Assembly: GCA_000004985.1 (NCBI GenBank) | Contig: GG738858.1 | Direction: 5' to 3' (one strand) | Source: Naegleria gruberi | Lineage: Eukaryota | Length of the DNA stretch: 64,000 nucleotides | In this document: piece after piece, positions 49,072 to 59,789 of the stretch | Layout of the letters: every line of letters starts with the position of its first letter | Position numbering within the stretch: position 1 is the stretch's first letter | Program-made: the position numbers and the translations under genes | Notes under the pieces: model-generated | Seen by the model: only the letters and a program-made list of their open reading frames with translations | Told to the model about the DNA's origin: nothing | The model's database searches: none

Positions 49072-49721
49072 ACCTAAAGACATTAGAAAATGGCTGAAAT
49101 TAAATTGTAAAAACAAATGTAAACAAAATCAAAGAAGAAACAAAATTTTGCAGAATTAGGACTAATTCTTTTCGAAAGTAAATCATTCAATATTAATTTT
49201 CTCTATTTCCTTTGTTCTAAAGCTTTGTTCTAAAAATCGTTCCAAATCATACTGAAATTCACATTTGAACATTTCAAAAATAGAATACCATAATATTGTG
49301 AATATTAAAAGTAAATTACATGTTAGGGATGGGAAAGTCCTATTGTGAATGAGGCATGTAGTGTAATTCTAACACCACGATCAGCTCATTTATCTGAAGT
49401 GTTGGTGGCGTAACTCCATCCATGCCTTTTTACATCTGCAAAACTTTTTCTTTTGGTAAGCAAATGAGTTTGTTTTATTGAGGGCACATGTTTTCAAAAT
49501 TAAGACAAGAAACCAACAATCAACACGAACCAATACAACGACACTGGTGGAAATTCTTGAGAAAAGGTTTTCAGGCATAATTGAGTCAACTACCACAACA
49601 CTGCCTTGGAGTTTGGCTAATTTTAAAAATGCATGGGGCAATCCGGAGTGCCCTGTCTGTAGGGTATTGTCATTGTATTGAATAACTGTGATATCTGAGA
49701 TATTTCCAAATAAAGAAGGTA

Positions 49722-50880
49722 TTAAAAAATATTCGAATATTTTATACAAGCTCCTAAATGTATGAGAGCAAGCTGTAGAATTGATGTAACTGAGTCAGGT
49801 GATATTTGAGTTGTTTCCACCATTTCATTAAAAATTTGAATAGCATCTCTTCCTCTTCCATTTTTACCCAATCCATGAATTAAGGTAGTCCAGAGAGAAA
49901 CATTAATCTTTGATCTACTTTGAGATTTGAGAGTATTAAATGTCAACAGTGCTTTTTCTATTTCTCCAAACTTGGTAAGCATTCTTAATAACACGTTCAT
50001 AGCATTTACATCATTATTCAATTTGTTATTGTTCAAAATATTATCGAACAAGTTCATTCCTATCGCTTTGTCGTTTGATCGTATACATGCAGAAAGAAGT
50101 AAAATATTAATGGATGGATTATCTTTGATTCCAATAATAGTATTCATTAGTATGAATACTTTATCAAAATTGTTTTTCTTCAGAGATGCTTTAATTAGAC
50201 GTCCATAATGACTTACATTTGGGTTAATATTAAACCTATCCTTCATAGAATTAAGCAACTCTTCTGTTGATTTAATATTTCCAGAACTTGCATAGGCATC
50301 CTAAATTTTTAGTATGGTTGCTTCATTAGGGTTTAAAAAGTATGAAATAGCTCAAAAGCTCTGTTTGTCTTATTGTTCTTTACAAAACCTGAAAGCATGT
50401 TATTCCAAGAGACAATATTCTTCTCTTTCATTTCGCAGAAAATAGAATAGGCAATATCTGGTTTTGAGTAATTACAATAAAATGATATTCACTCTCGAAC
50501 ACTTCTGGAAACCCACAAAGTTGTCTCAAAGTAAAATTCCATGTTATTTTTATCTTTCCCTTGTTTTTTTGTTTCCTTATCAATGATATCAAATCTTTAC
50601 AATACTCCAAAGGTTTCATATCATTGCTTTTAGAATTGATAGCTGATATCATTGAAACTACCAAAGAAATAGAAACATCGCCTTTTTGCTTTAGGATTTC
50701 ATACATTTCCAAACATTGTTCCTAATTATACCCTTCGGAAGGTTTGGGATGTTTTTTGAATTGATAAAGTGCTTGATCTAATTTTTTCTCTTCCACCAAT
50801 TTCCTAACTGTTGTGTTGTATAGTGAAGAAATAGATAATGTTGTTAGATTCCGAAAGCTAATCATTTCTTTTATTCAAAA
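49722..50880 (-). pseudogene. Pentatricopeptide-repeat (PPR) gene with multiple in-frame stops and frameshifts. Candidate pseudogene.
   Basis: Clear PPR units: 'NVSLWTTLIHGLGKNGRGRDAIQIFNEMVE', 'EKNIVSWNNMLSGFVKNNKTNRAFELFHTF', 'DAYASSGNIKSTEELLNSM'. Mitochondrial-type N-terminus 'MISFRNLTTLSISSLYNTTVRKL'. Minus-strand frame discontinuities lie at about 50740 ('GYN*EQCLEMYEIL'), about 50430, about 50350 (TAA) and about 50300 ('ILKI*DAYASSG'). Confidence 0.45.
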
Positions 50881-51007
50881 ATAATTTAACCCATGTAAAC
50901 AATTTGAATTCATTATTGGTGGATATTGTTTGAGAAGATTTGAAATCTAGTTCATTATTTGGAGGTAATTTTAAGGATTCAACATTTCCTAGTTTTACAA
51001 TAAAAAG

Positions 51008-51124
51008 ACTACAGCACCACAGGTTCCCAAGTTGTCTCCAACCTCAGTACTGATGTGGCTCGACGATGCTTAACTTCTCAAATCGGACGGGATGAGGTGC
51101 ATTCATCGTGATATGGCCGTAGCC
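51008..51124 (-). rRNA. 5S ribosomal RNA gene (about 117 nt), followed on the minus strand by a T-run (plus 'taaaaa' at 51002-51007) as Pol III terminator.
   Basis: Reverse complement: 'GGCTACGGCCATATCACGATGAATGCACCTCATCCCGTCCGATTTGAGAAGTTAAGCATCGTCGAGCCACATCAGTACTGAGGTTGGAGACAACTTGGGAACCTGTGGTGCTGTAGTC'. This matches universal 5S blocks: ACGGCCATA, CATCCCGTCCGAT, GAAGTTAAGC, AGTACT, GGGAGAC-like, TGGGAA, GTGCTGTAG. The 5'/3' ends are complementary (helix I). Confidence 0.8.
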
Positions 51125-52457
51125 ATTCAATACCTTAATCTGCCTCCTTTCAACAATCTCGGGAAAAGCAAAAGATTAAGTTAAATCCTTCATTCTCAAT
51201 TTTAAATAAACATCAACTCTATAAAAGCATTCAATATTAACTGCCTCGACTCTTTACAATGAATATTCAAACAAACTATCTTCTTTCCATAAAAAAATAA
51301 TAATATCAATTATTATTTCCAAATTCCGTAAAAAGATATGAGTCTAGACTTTTCAGTGCATTTACAATATGTGTGATTGTAAGAGAAACTACCAATTTCG
51401 TACTTCCTAAAGTTAAAATCGTTGTATTACGATATGAATCTAACTGTAAATCAGGCGGCAACAATATTGGCAATATTAAGCAACATACAAAGAATCCAAA
51501 TAAATCGGTTTGAACTCTTGATAAAGTTACGGTATTGAAGAAACACAAAGGTTGTATTTCATTGCAATCAATTTCATTATCCATTAATCATATCAAAGAG
51601 TTCGATATTAAATATTTATCTAAGGAATGGGTAGTGGCTATCAGATACTACATATTTGTATAATTTTTGAATATTCTTTTTGTTAAAGGGTTTTCACGAG
51701 TTGAATCTTTTTAAGACGGTGCAGTCCAGAAGGCAATATTTTGCTACCCACCACTGATAGAGATCTTACACCACTTGCTACCAATTTGGACTTTGATTAC
51801 GGTTTTGGCTAAGATCTCCGCCCGTCATCATGTTGAGAAGACAAAAACAACAAAAAGTGTTGTGTTTTACAACAACTTGAAACCTCCAAAACCAATATTC
51901 ATTCACTGTATTGCTGTTAGTTTAAATAAGATATTCAAAGTATTGGTGTTGAAAGGTTAATCTTCATCCCTACCTATTGAAAACATACATTTCCGCACCA
52001 AGGTATTCCAAACCAAAACCAAGAACCGAGAAAGGTTGTTTGTTTTTGAAATTGTTCCAAGGCTTTTTCCCTGATAAATTCACTTGAACAAGCGTATCAC
52101 AGTACACGCTCCAAACAACAACCAAAAAAATAATACCACCAAAACTCAGACTTTGTAGTAGCAATCAATCGCTGGGCAATATTAGTGTTGTTGGTCATCC
52201 GTTGAGACGAGAGAGGGAAACAGCAGCATCATAATTAATCTCCTTGCTAAAACTTACATAAGATTGACCATAATCTTCATCATCTTTGTATTCTACAAAA
52301 TACACATTTTATCATCATCAAAAACAGTAACTTTTTGATTCTGTTATCATCATTAAATAGACCAATTTCATATTGGATATTATTGTAGAATAGTATTATA
52401 TAGATAATTGTTATTAATCTATCACTTGATCCTAATTTATTTAATTTAAATCTATCA

Positions 52458-54446
52458 ATGATGTATCAGCCAACAAAAAGTAAATACGAAACATTGCACA
52501 ATCATGATGCAGTACAAGGAAACAGCAAACAATCATCAAACTTACTGCCATCACTTCAAAATTGCAATAAGAGCAAACAACCTTGTATTTGCTCAACTAC
52601 AACTTCAACTTCACAAATTCAATCAAATATTTACCTCCAACAACAACCTTCCCGATCTAATGGTTATTTCAGTAATATGGACCATATGATTAATAGTAAT
52701 TCATCCTATCAATTGTACAGACAACATTCCTTCTTAGATTCAGTCCTTACTTCCAACAATAACAATAATGGACTTCTCGAGCATGATAACACATTTCCAG
52801 ATAATTATTCTACCAACATTCCAGGTACTGAACAAATATTAATGATATTAATGTGCAATGGTATGACCCCTGAATTCGATCAATTTAATGGTAAATTCAA
52901 AACTCCAACCTACAAGTACAGTACAAATAGATTAAGAACAGAAAATTTAAACACCAACAGTAGCAATGGTACAACACCATCCTCTTCTTCTTCCACAACA
53001 CCATCCTCTAGTATATCCTCCCCTAATTGTAATGATAATCTTAAATCTCACCTTGAGAGCTCAAATACAATAACAATCATATCCAGAGAAGATATTTGCA
53101 ACGTGAATGCTACTTGTAATTCTCCACAAAGAGAATCAATCTCTAGTAACAATCAACAATATCTTTCAGAATCTTCAAATAAGCTTGATGAAAACTTAAC
53201 CCTTCCTCCTTCTCCATGCGTTTCAGACATTTCCGAATCGGAACAAGTTAAAATTCCAGAAGAAATAATTTTCCAACAAATGACCACCACCACTCCTACG
53301 ACAGACCAAAACCTCATTCCTCACAAGATTGAATCTGTTATCCATGGTTCAACCGAATCATGTCGTATTTCTGATAGTCATGGCGAAACTACCGATGAAT
53401 CCAGTGATGAAGAGGATGCTCCAAAAGCAAAATATCCAAAAAGAGAAGCAAGAGACCAACAAAAAACAATGAAACAAGACCTATCACTTGATTCTGCAGA
53501 ATCATCTGGTTTTGTTGTTAAACCTACCAGGACTTACAGTTTCAGAGATGCCACTATCTATATTCTTTCTCAAATTGGTAAACCAATGACCGCAGTTGAC
53601 ATTACTAAGAACATATTTGATAACAAGATGGTTAAAAGCGCAGGAAAAACTCCTGAAAGAACTGTTGCAGCCATGATTTATCAAGAAATGAAAAAGAAGA
53701 AAAACACCTCTGAGTTTGCTTTATTTGGCTCTGGTCTCTTTGGTTTAAGTGCTTGGAAGAGTGATGACCACACAAGCCAAGATACTGCCAGTGTTTCCAC
53801 TGACGCCTCCTTGTCATCAGTTGACAGAGCTGATAAGAAGAAAAAGGAAAAGAGGAAAAAGAGGAAACTTGCTACTAAACCAGAGAAGGAATCAGAGCTT
53901 TCAGAAGCAGAAAGTGATAATGGGATGTCCGTTTCAAAAAGAAAACCTAGAAAAATGCACAAACACAAACAAGCTTGTTCTTCTTCAAGTGAGGAAACCT
54001 CAATGACAGATTCTGAAGAAACAACAAGTAGTAAGAAGAGAAAACACAATGAATCAGAAGAAACAGCAATTATTATGACAGAGGAAGCTCTTTTCAAAAC
54101 CTACATTTCCAAACTCAAAAAGAAGGATCAAACAGAATCCGATGAAGATGAATGTTTTGTTTGTAAGAATGGTGGTGATTTGATTTGTTGTGATTATAGA
54201 GGATGTAGAAAGGTTTATCATGCTTCATGTGTTGGTCTTAAAGAAGTGCCTCAAGGAGATTGGATTTGTCCTCATCACTATTGTGCAGAATGTAAAAAGA
54301 AATCATTCAGGAGCAAATCTTCTAAGAAGTGTTTCAGTTGTCCATATAGTGTTTGTGGTGAACATGGTTCTCTATTGAAAGATAAGATAGATAACGACAA
54401 GTATGTTTGCACAAAATGTAAACCAATGTGTGAGAACATTAAATAA
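52458..54446 (+). CDS. HARE-HTH plus C-terminal PHD-type zinc-finger chromatin protein. 662 aa.
   Basis: HARE-HTH-like 'YSFRDATIYILSQIGKPMTAVDITKNIFDNKMV...ALFGSGLFGL'. PHD/Cys-rich 'ECFVCKNGGDLICCDYRGCRKVYHASCVGLKEVPQGDWICPHHYCAECKK...CFSCPYSVCGEHG'. Acidic/basic Ser-rich linkers. Confidence 0.7.
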   Translation: MMYQPTKSKYETLHNHDAVQGNSKQSSNLLPSLQNCNKSKQPCICSTTTSTSQIQSNIYLQQQPSRSNGYFSNMDHMINSNSSYQLYRQHSFLDSVLTSNNNNNGLLEHDNTFPDNYSTNIPGTEQILMILMCNGMTPEFDQFNGKFKTPTYKYSTNRLRTENLNTNSSNGTTPSSSSSTTPSSSISSPNCNDNLKSHLESSNTITIISREDICNVNATCNSPQRESISSNNQQYLSESSNKLDENLTLPPSPCVSDISESEQVKIPEEIIFQQMTTTTPTTDQNLIPHKIESVIHGSTESCRISDSHGETTDESSDEEDAPKAKYPKREARDQQKTMKQDLSLDSAESSGFVVKPTRTYSFRDATIYILSQIGKPMTAVDITKNIFDNKMVKSAGKTPERTVAAMIYQEMKKKKNTSEFALFGSGLFGLSAWKSDDHTSQDTASVSTDASLSSVDRADKKKKEKRKKRKLATKPEKESELSEAESDNGMSVSKRKPRKMHKHKQACSSSSEETSMTDSEETTSSKKRKHNESEETAIIMTEEALFKTYISKLKKKDQTESDEDECFVCKNGGDLICCDYRGCRKVYHASCVGLKEVPQGDWICPHHYCAECKKKSFRSKSSKKCFSCPYSVCGEHGSLLKDKIDNDKYVCTKCKPMCENIK

Positions 54447-54709
54447 TTTATTTCACTTTACAATTTCAAATTTGATCTTATTGTTATCTGATTGTTGTTG
54501 GAATATCCCACCAATGGACATTGAGAGTGATAACAAGTCAATCACGACTTTCTCTCAGCGCAAGGAAAGAACAGTACTTATGGTAGGTACCTTCATATTA
54601 CTGTGTGACAAATATCAACATTTACAGAGTTGTTCCAAACTCTTTGGACTAGCATTGCCAAAATCCGACCACCTTTCCAGTTTGACATTTAACAAACACA
54701 AAAAAAATT

Positions 54710-57174
54710 ATGAAGAAACTCTTTTCCCGTACACCTAGCTTTCGTCCAAAATTTTCCAGTAGAATTGATAGCCATGAACAAACTGATGCTCTTGTAGGAG
54801 ATGTTTATCCTGGTCCTCATACAACTAATGGTCAATCATCAATAGTTAATAGTGCACCACTTAGTTCAACTAGTACTAATTCTCTTAACTCCACCACAAT
54901 CAAATATATGTTATTTGGTGGAGAACTTGATGATTCAGATCCAAACAAATTACCACAATTTATTCTTGATACCATTGATTTCCTTCTCAAATATGGTCTA
55001 GAAGTTGAGGGTATCTTTAGAGTTTCAACTCATGAGACTAGAAAAGCCGATTTGATCAACAAGATGAATGATCGATATGCTAAAGAGAAGGATCCACACA
55101 AGAATTGTACATTTACATATAATGGTACAAATAGTGATGAAGTTTATTTTGCCTCTGCTGTTTTAAAACATTACTTTAGAAGTTTACCAACTCCACTCAT
55201 CAAACCACAATTTTATGAAACTTTCATGTTGACAACTAAATGTAGAGATCAGGAAAGAAAAGACATGTTAAAGAATGCTGTCAGATTGTTACCTGTTAAT
55301 TATTTTACTTTATTGAAAAAGATTTCAGACCTTTGTTTTGAAATTTCAAAACACAGCTCATCAAATAAGATGACATGCGAAAATTTATCCGTCTGTTGGA
55401 CTCCTAATTTATTAATGTATGTTATTCATATTATTCATTTATTATTCATTTAGTGATTCAATATGATCTCAATAATTGTAAATGAATTGATCATTCATGG
55501 ATCAATAACTCTCTTCAAATTGTTAAATCAAATAGTAATAATAATATGGATTTTATGGAACAAATGAAGAGAACAGGTGATGCTCAAAATGTAATTGCAG
55601 CTCTTTTCAGAGATTGTAAACAAATCTTTGAAGACGAAGAAGAGGTACCTGTTAGAAATGTAGAAAGAAAACGATCAGCAGCTCAAACTAAGAAATTCTT
55701 TTTGGGACTCACTTCACAAACTTCTCAAGAAGGAATGGCAGTTTACAATGGAGAAAAGAATGAAAATGGAGAGAAACATGGTCGTGGTATTTTAATGTTA
55801 CCAAATGGTTCAGTATTTGAAGGTGAATTTAGAAATAACAGTTATGCAAATGGTAAATTGGTTTATGTTACAGGTGAACAATACGAAGGAAAGTTTATTG
55901 ATGATTTGCCAGATGATGATAATGGTGTTTTCCGTTTTGCAAACATGTCAGTTTACACTGGTCAAGTAAAGAAAGGCCAATTGACTGGAGTTGGTGAATT
56001 GAAATACAAAGATGGTGGTATTTACAAAGGATCATTTGTAAATGGAAAGAGAGAAGGAAAAGGAAGTTTTGAATTTTATGAAGGAAATCAAAAAGTTAGA
56101 CATTACGATGGTGATTGGGAAAATGATTCAATGAGTGGTCAAGGTACCCTAATTAACACAACTATTCAACAAGTTTATACTGGTCAATTTAAGAATAATG
56201 TTTATCACGGACAAGGTGTTTTAATTTCTGGTTTAGAACAAAATAGATGTGAAGGTGAATTTGAGAATGGTGTTGTAAAGAATGGTTCTGGAAGTTTCAC
56301 TTCACTGAATAATGAATTTATTCAATTTGAAGGATCATGGAAGAATTGTCAATTCACAGGTAAAATTAAGATTTTCAATTTCCAAACCAGATCATTAGAA
56401 TTTGAAGGTGATATGATTGACTCTAGAAAGAATGGTTTCGGTAAATTAGTTTATTCAGATGGATCATATTATGAAGGTCAATTTAATAATGATGAAATGA
56501 CTGGTACAGGTTCATTTGTTGATTCTGATAGAGTTTACAATGGTCAATTCGTTAAAAGTTTATTCCATGGTAAAGGAAAGTTAAAGGCAACTTTCAAATC
56601 TAAGGATTATGTTTTTGAAGGAGAATTTAGAGAACACCAACCATATAATGGTGTTGGTTCAGTTGTTGTGAGTAGAAAAACTGGAGATTATTGGGATGGT
56701 GAATTTAAGAATGGAAAGTTTAGTGGAAAGGGTCGTCTCACATTTGAAGATGCTTCTGTTTATGAAGGTAATGTTAAAAATTCACTTTGTGAAGGAAAGG
56801 GTGTTGTCACCTATCCAGATGGATCAATTTATTCTGGATCATTCTCAAATGATGAAAGACATGGTCCTGGAACACTCACTATTAAGGATGGAGATGAGAA
56901 GGATTTCATGATTGTCTCAATTAATCAAGTTTGGGATCATGGTGTTTTAGTTTCACAAGAAGAACCTCAATCACCTGCTACATTGGATGAGAAGGAATCT
57001 CTAATCTTTTCATTCCTTGACTCATTAGAGAAGGAAGAACCTCTGAGATTTGGACCACTTGTTGGTAAAGAACAACGACCTTACATCTCAACTGCCTTAA
57101 CAAAAGCAAAGGAAAATCCAAATACTTCAATCTTGTATGAAATTCTCTATCAACTCTCAAAATGCAGGCGTTAA
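54710..57174 (+). CDS. RhoGAP domain plus MORN-repeat protein. Two exons: 54710-55416 and 55536-57174. Intron 55417-55535 (gtatgtt...aaatag).
   Basis: RhoGAP 'VEGIFRVSTHETRKADLINKMN...VLKHYFRSLPTPLIKPQFYETF...NLSVCWTPNLL'. Across the intron it continues in frame as 'INNNMDFMEQMKRTGDAQNVIAALFRDCKQIF', the expected last helix of the GAP domain. About 15 MORN units follow ('YEGEFRNNSYANGKLVYVTGEQYEGKF...'). Confidence 0.6.
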
Positions 57175-57331
57175 CATGTTGACAATAAAAGTAAAAATCC
57201 AAACATTGTAACAATATTTCTCAATTTCAAATACTTGATGATGATTCAAATTTTCGGAAATGTTCATCCATTGATTCAAATTTTGATTTTTCAAAGTTAA
57301 AAATAAAACCAATCAAATAACAATCAAAAAA

Positions 57332-58834
57332 ATGAATCATCAACATCTCTCAAAATTTGCTCAACCATCATCACTGATGAGAGTGTTCAGTGCTGGTACT
57401 AGAAAATGTAAAGGCTTTTCTCTTGTTCAATCATCTTCTTGGATTAATAATAGGAAATTCCAATCAAATAATATTAGACAATTTTCATCAACAAGTTTGA
57501 ATAGGAATGAAAAACAAGCAAGACAAGATTTGTATTCCTATGAAGTTTATGCTCTTCCGACAGAAAGAGATTATGATAGAATGATTCCGGATAGTGTTGA
57601 AGATAAACAAACTATTGTTGATTTGAATATGGACATTAGAAATGTATTAAATTATGTTCTTTTCTTGGCTTGTGATAAATATTCAGCAGAACGTTTAAAA
57701 GGATATCAAGAACATAAATTTAGTTTTGGAAAGGATAGACTTGTTAGTATTTTACAGTTAGCTCATGATGATTCAACTAGTCATTCAGGAAAAAAGCGAA
57801 GTTTAGAAAGTATTCTGGATAAGTCAACCACTGATTATATTGATATTATTGATGCTGTAAATTCTCACGTTCAATATATTAATAGAGAATTGAACAGACT
57901 TGATTTAAGTATTTCAGAGGAATACTATTCTGGTTCACCAAAAATTTCTGCAGAGGAATCAAATACTTCTCTTGCACAATGTGAAAAGGATATTGAAAAA
58001 TTGAATAGTGTTTTTAATAAGATGTATTCTATGGCTGATGTTGATCCATTGGATGATGATCTCATTGATAATGAAGCATATCACCCAATTGCATTGTATC
58101 TTAAGAATAAGATGAGAATAGTTTCTGTTAAAATGGACTTACAAAAGGACAAAGACAAGTTTAAGGATATTGAATCATTTCTCAAAATGGAACATGACAA
58201 GGATGAAGTTTTGGCTATGTGTAACAAAATTCAAGAAAGAGCTCTCCTCTATATGTCAACTCTACAATTGACAAAAGCCTATTCTGACATTACTCTATGC
58301 ACTCATATTACCAAACTAGTAGTTACAAAAGATGATACCAAGAAAGATATTTTAATTACTAGAGGATTAATTACATTACAATCATTAATTTACATGTACT
58401 CACTCTTGAAGGAATATGTTGTTATCATTAATAGAAAAGTTGATTTTGATTTTACTACAGAAAATCCAAAAGATTTACATCACTTTTTTGTTGAAAATTT
58501 CAAGGTTGTTCAACCAGTTATGTTTGACAATCAAATTGTTGAACTCGATTCTCAACGTTTAGCTTCTCTAGTAGATTTGAAAAATATTTCCCTTAAACTT
58601 GCTGTTTATGCTTCTAATCAACTTGAAATGCTGAAATATGATTTAGATGGTAAGAAGTTTGAATTTTTAGATAAATACCAGAAAGATTTAGACCTCACCA
58701 TGAAAGTTCTCAAATTCCAAGCAATTTATGTAGTCCTTAAAAAAGCTTTATCATTCACTCTTTGGGCAATTGCTTCTATTTGGCTCTTTAGATTTATTTC
58801 ACGAAAGCTTGAAGGAGAACCACTATTCAAATAA
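57332..58834 (+). CDS. Hypothetical protein (500 aa) with a mitochondrial-presequence-like N-terminus and a single C-terminal TM ('FTLWAIASIWLFRFI').
   Basis: Intact ORF from ATG. No recognisable catalytic motif. Confidence 0.5.
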   Translation: MNHQHLSKFAQPSSLMRVFSAGTRKCKGFSLVQSSSWINNRKFQSNNIRQFSSTSLNRNEKQARQDLYSYEVYALPTERDYDRMIPDSVEDKQTIVDLNMDIRNVLNYVLFLACDKYSAERLKGYQEHKFSFGKDRLVSILQLAHDDSTSHSGKKRSLESILDKSTTDYIDIIDAVNSHVQYINRELNRLDLSISEEYYSGSPKISAEESNTSLAQCEKDIEKLNSVFNKMYSMADVDPLDDDLIDNEAYHPIALYLKNKMRIVSVKMDLQKDKDKFKDIESFLKMEHDKDEVLAMCNKIQERALLYMSTLQLTKAYSDITLCTHITKLVVTKDDTKKDILITRGLITLQSLIYMYSLLKEYVVIINRKVDFDFTTENPKDLHHFFVENFKVVQPVMFDNQIVELDSQRLASLVDLKNISLKLAVYASNQLEMLKYDLDGKKFEFLDKYQKDLDLTMKVLKFQAIYVVLKKALSFTLWAIASIWLFRFISRKLEGEPLFK

Positions 58835-58955
58835 ACAATTTTAAATTAATTTAAAATTGTAGATGGAAATAAGAACCTTATTGAAATTGTAAATTGAGAA
58901 TGGCGCCAAAATCATTTTAAAAAATTACGTTAATTGAGGAGAAGGAATTTATTTG

Positions 58956-59630
58956 ATGGCTGAACAATTATTGATGAATGCAGTTGAAAAGGGAGATCTC
59001 CAACAAGTTTCAACCCTTATTGTAGAAACAAATGCTGATGTGGATTTTATTGATGAGGGAAATAGAGGATTCACTCCATGTCATTTAGCTTCGGAAAATG
59101 GTCTGATGAGTGTTTTGGAATTAATATTGACTTATAATTGTGATCCGAACATTCCAAGTAATGAACAAGTTGGATATTTGACTCCTCTCCATATTGCAAC
59201 ATCGAAAGGATATAAGAAAATTGTTGAGACACTTTTGAATTATTATGCAGATCCTAACATGCAAGATATTAATGGTTATACTCCTCTGCACATTGCCTGT
59301 AGGAAGGGATTTTTGGAGATTGCCAAACTCCTTCTCGCAAAAGGAGCTGATGTTGAGATAAAAGATGAGCAAGGTAAAACACCTTATTATTGGGCACAAG
59401 AATACAAACATGATGAGATTTTACCATTCCTTGAAGTGTTTGCTTTCAGTTCAATGAAAGATCTTCCACCAATGCCTCTCGATCCTGCCACAGAAGCAAA
59501 AGCAAGAGAAAAGCTCGCTCTCTACGACTATACTAAACATCATGATTCTACCAAGGTTACAATTCATGTCATTAAGAAACAAGATACAACCAAAACGAAA
59601 AAGAAAACAACTAAGAAAAAGAAGAAATAA
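58956..59630 (+). CDS. Ankyrin-repeat protein (about 224 aa) with a Lys-rich C-terminus.
   Basis: The ORF track starts at TTG 58953; the ATG is at 58956. Four ANK repeats ('GFTPCHLASENGLMSVLELIL', 'LTPLHIATSKGYKKIVETLL', 'GYTPLHIACRKGFLEIAKLLLAKGADV', 'GKTPYYWA'). Confidence 0.75.
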   Translation: MAEQLLMNAVEKGDLQQVSTLIVETNADVDFIDEGNRGFTPCHLASENGLMSVLELILTYNCDPNIPSNEQVGYLTPLHIATSKGYKKIVETLLNYYADPNMQDINGYTPLHIACRKGFLEIAKLLLAKGADVEIKDEQGKTPYYWAQEYKHDEILPFLEVFAFSSMKDLPPMPLDPATEAKAREKLALYDYTKHHDSTKVTIHVIKKQDTTKTKKKTTKKKKK

Positions 59631-59789
59631 GGAGTTTTTCTTCATATTATCAAATTGTTTGATCAACTGAATTATTCCTGAATCGGATATCTGTTTGAGT
59701 TTCTATTCAAGAAGCAGTAGGGACCAAATAATTAGCGGAGTTAATCATAAGGAGTTCGTTAAGAATTGTAATTTGAAAAGAAAAAAAAA

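Noticed and set aside
53502-54097. Antisense ORFs 53502-53684(-), 53632-53817(-), 53681-54097(-) and sense-overlapping 53749-54006(+)
   Set aside because: Nested within the PHD-finger gene, whose own frame carries the recognisable domains.
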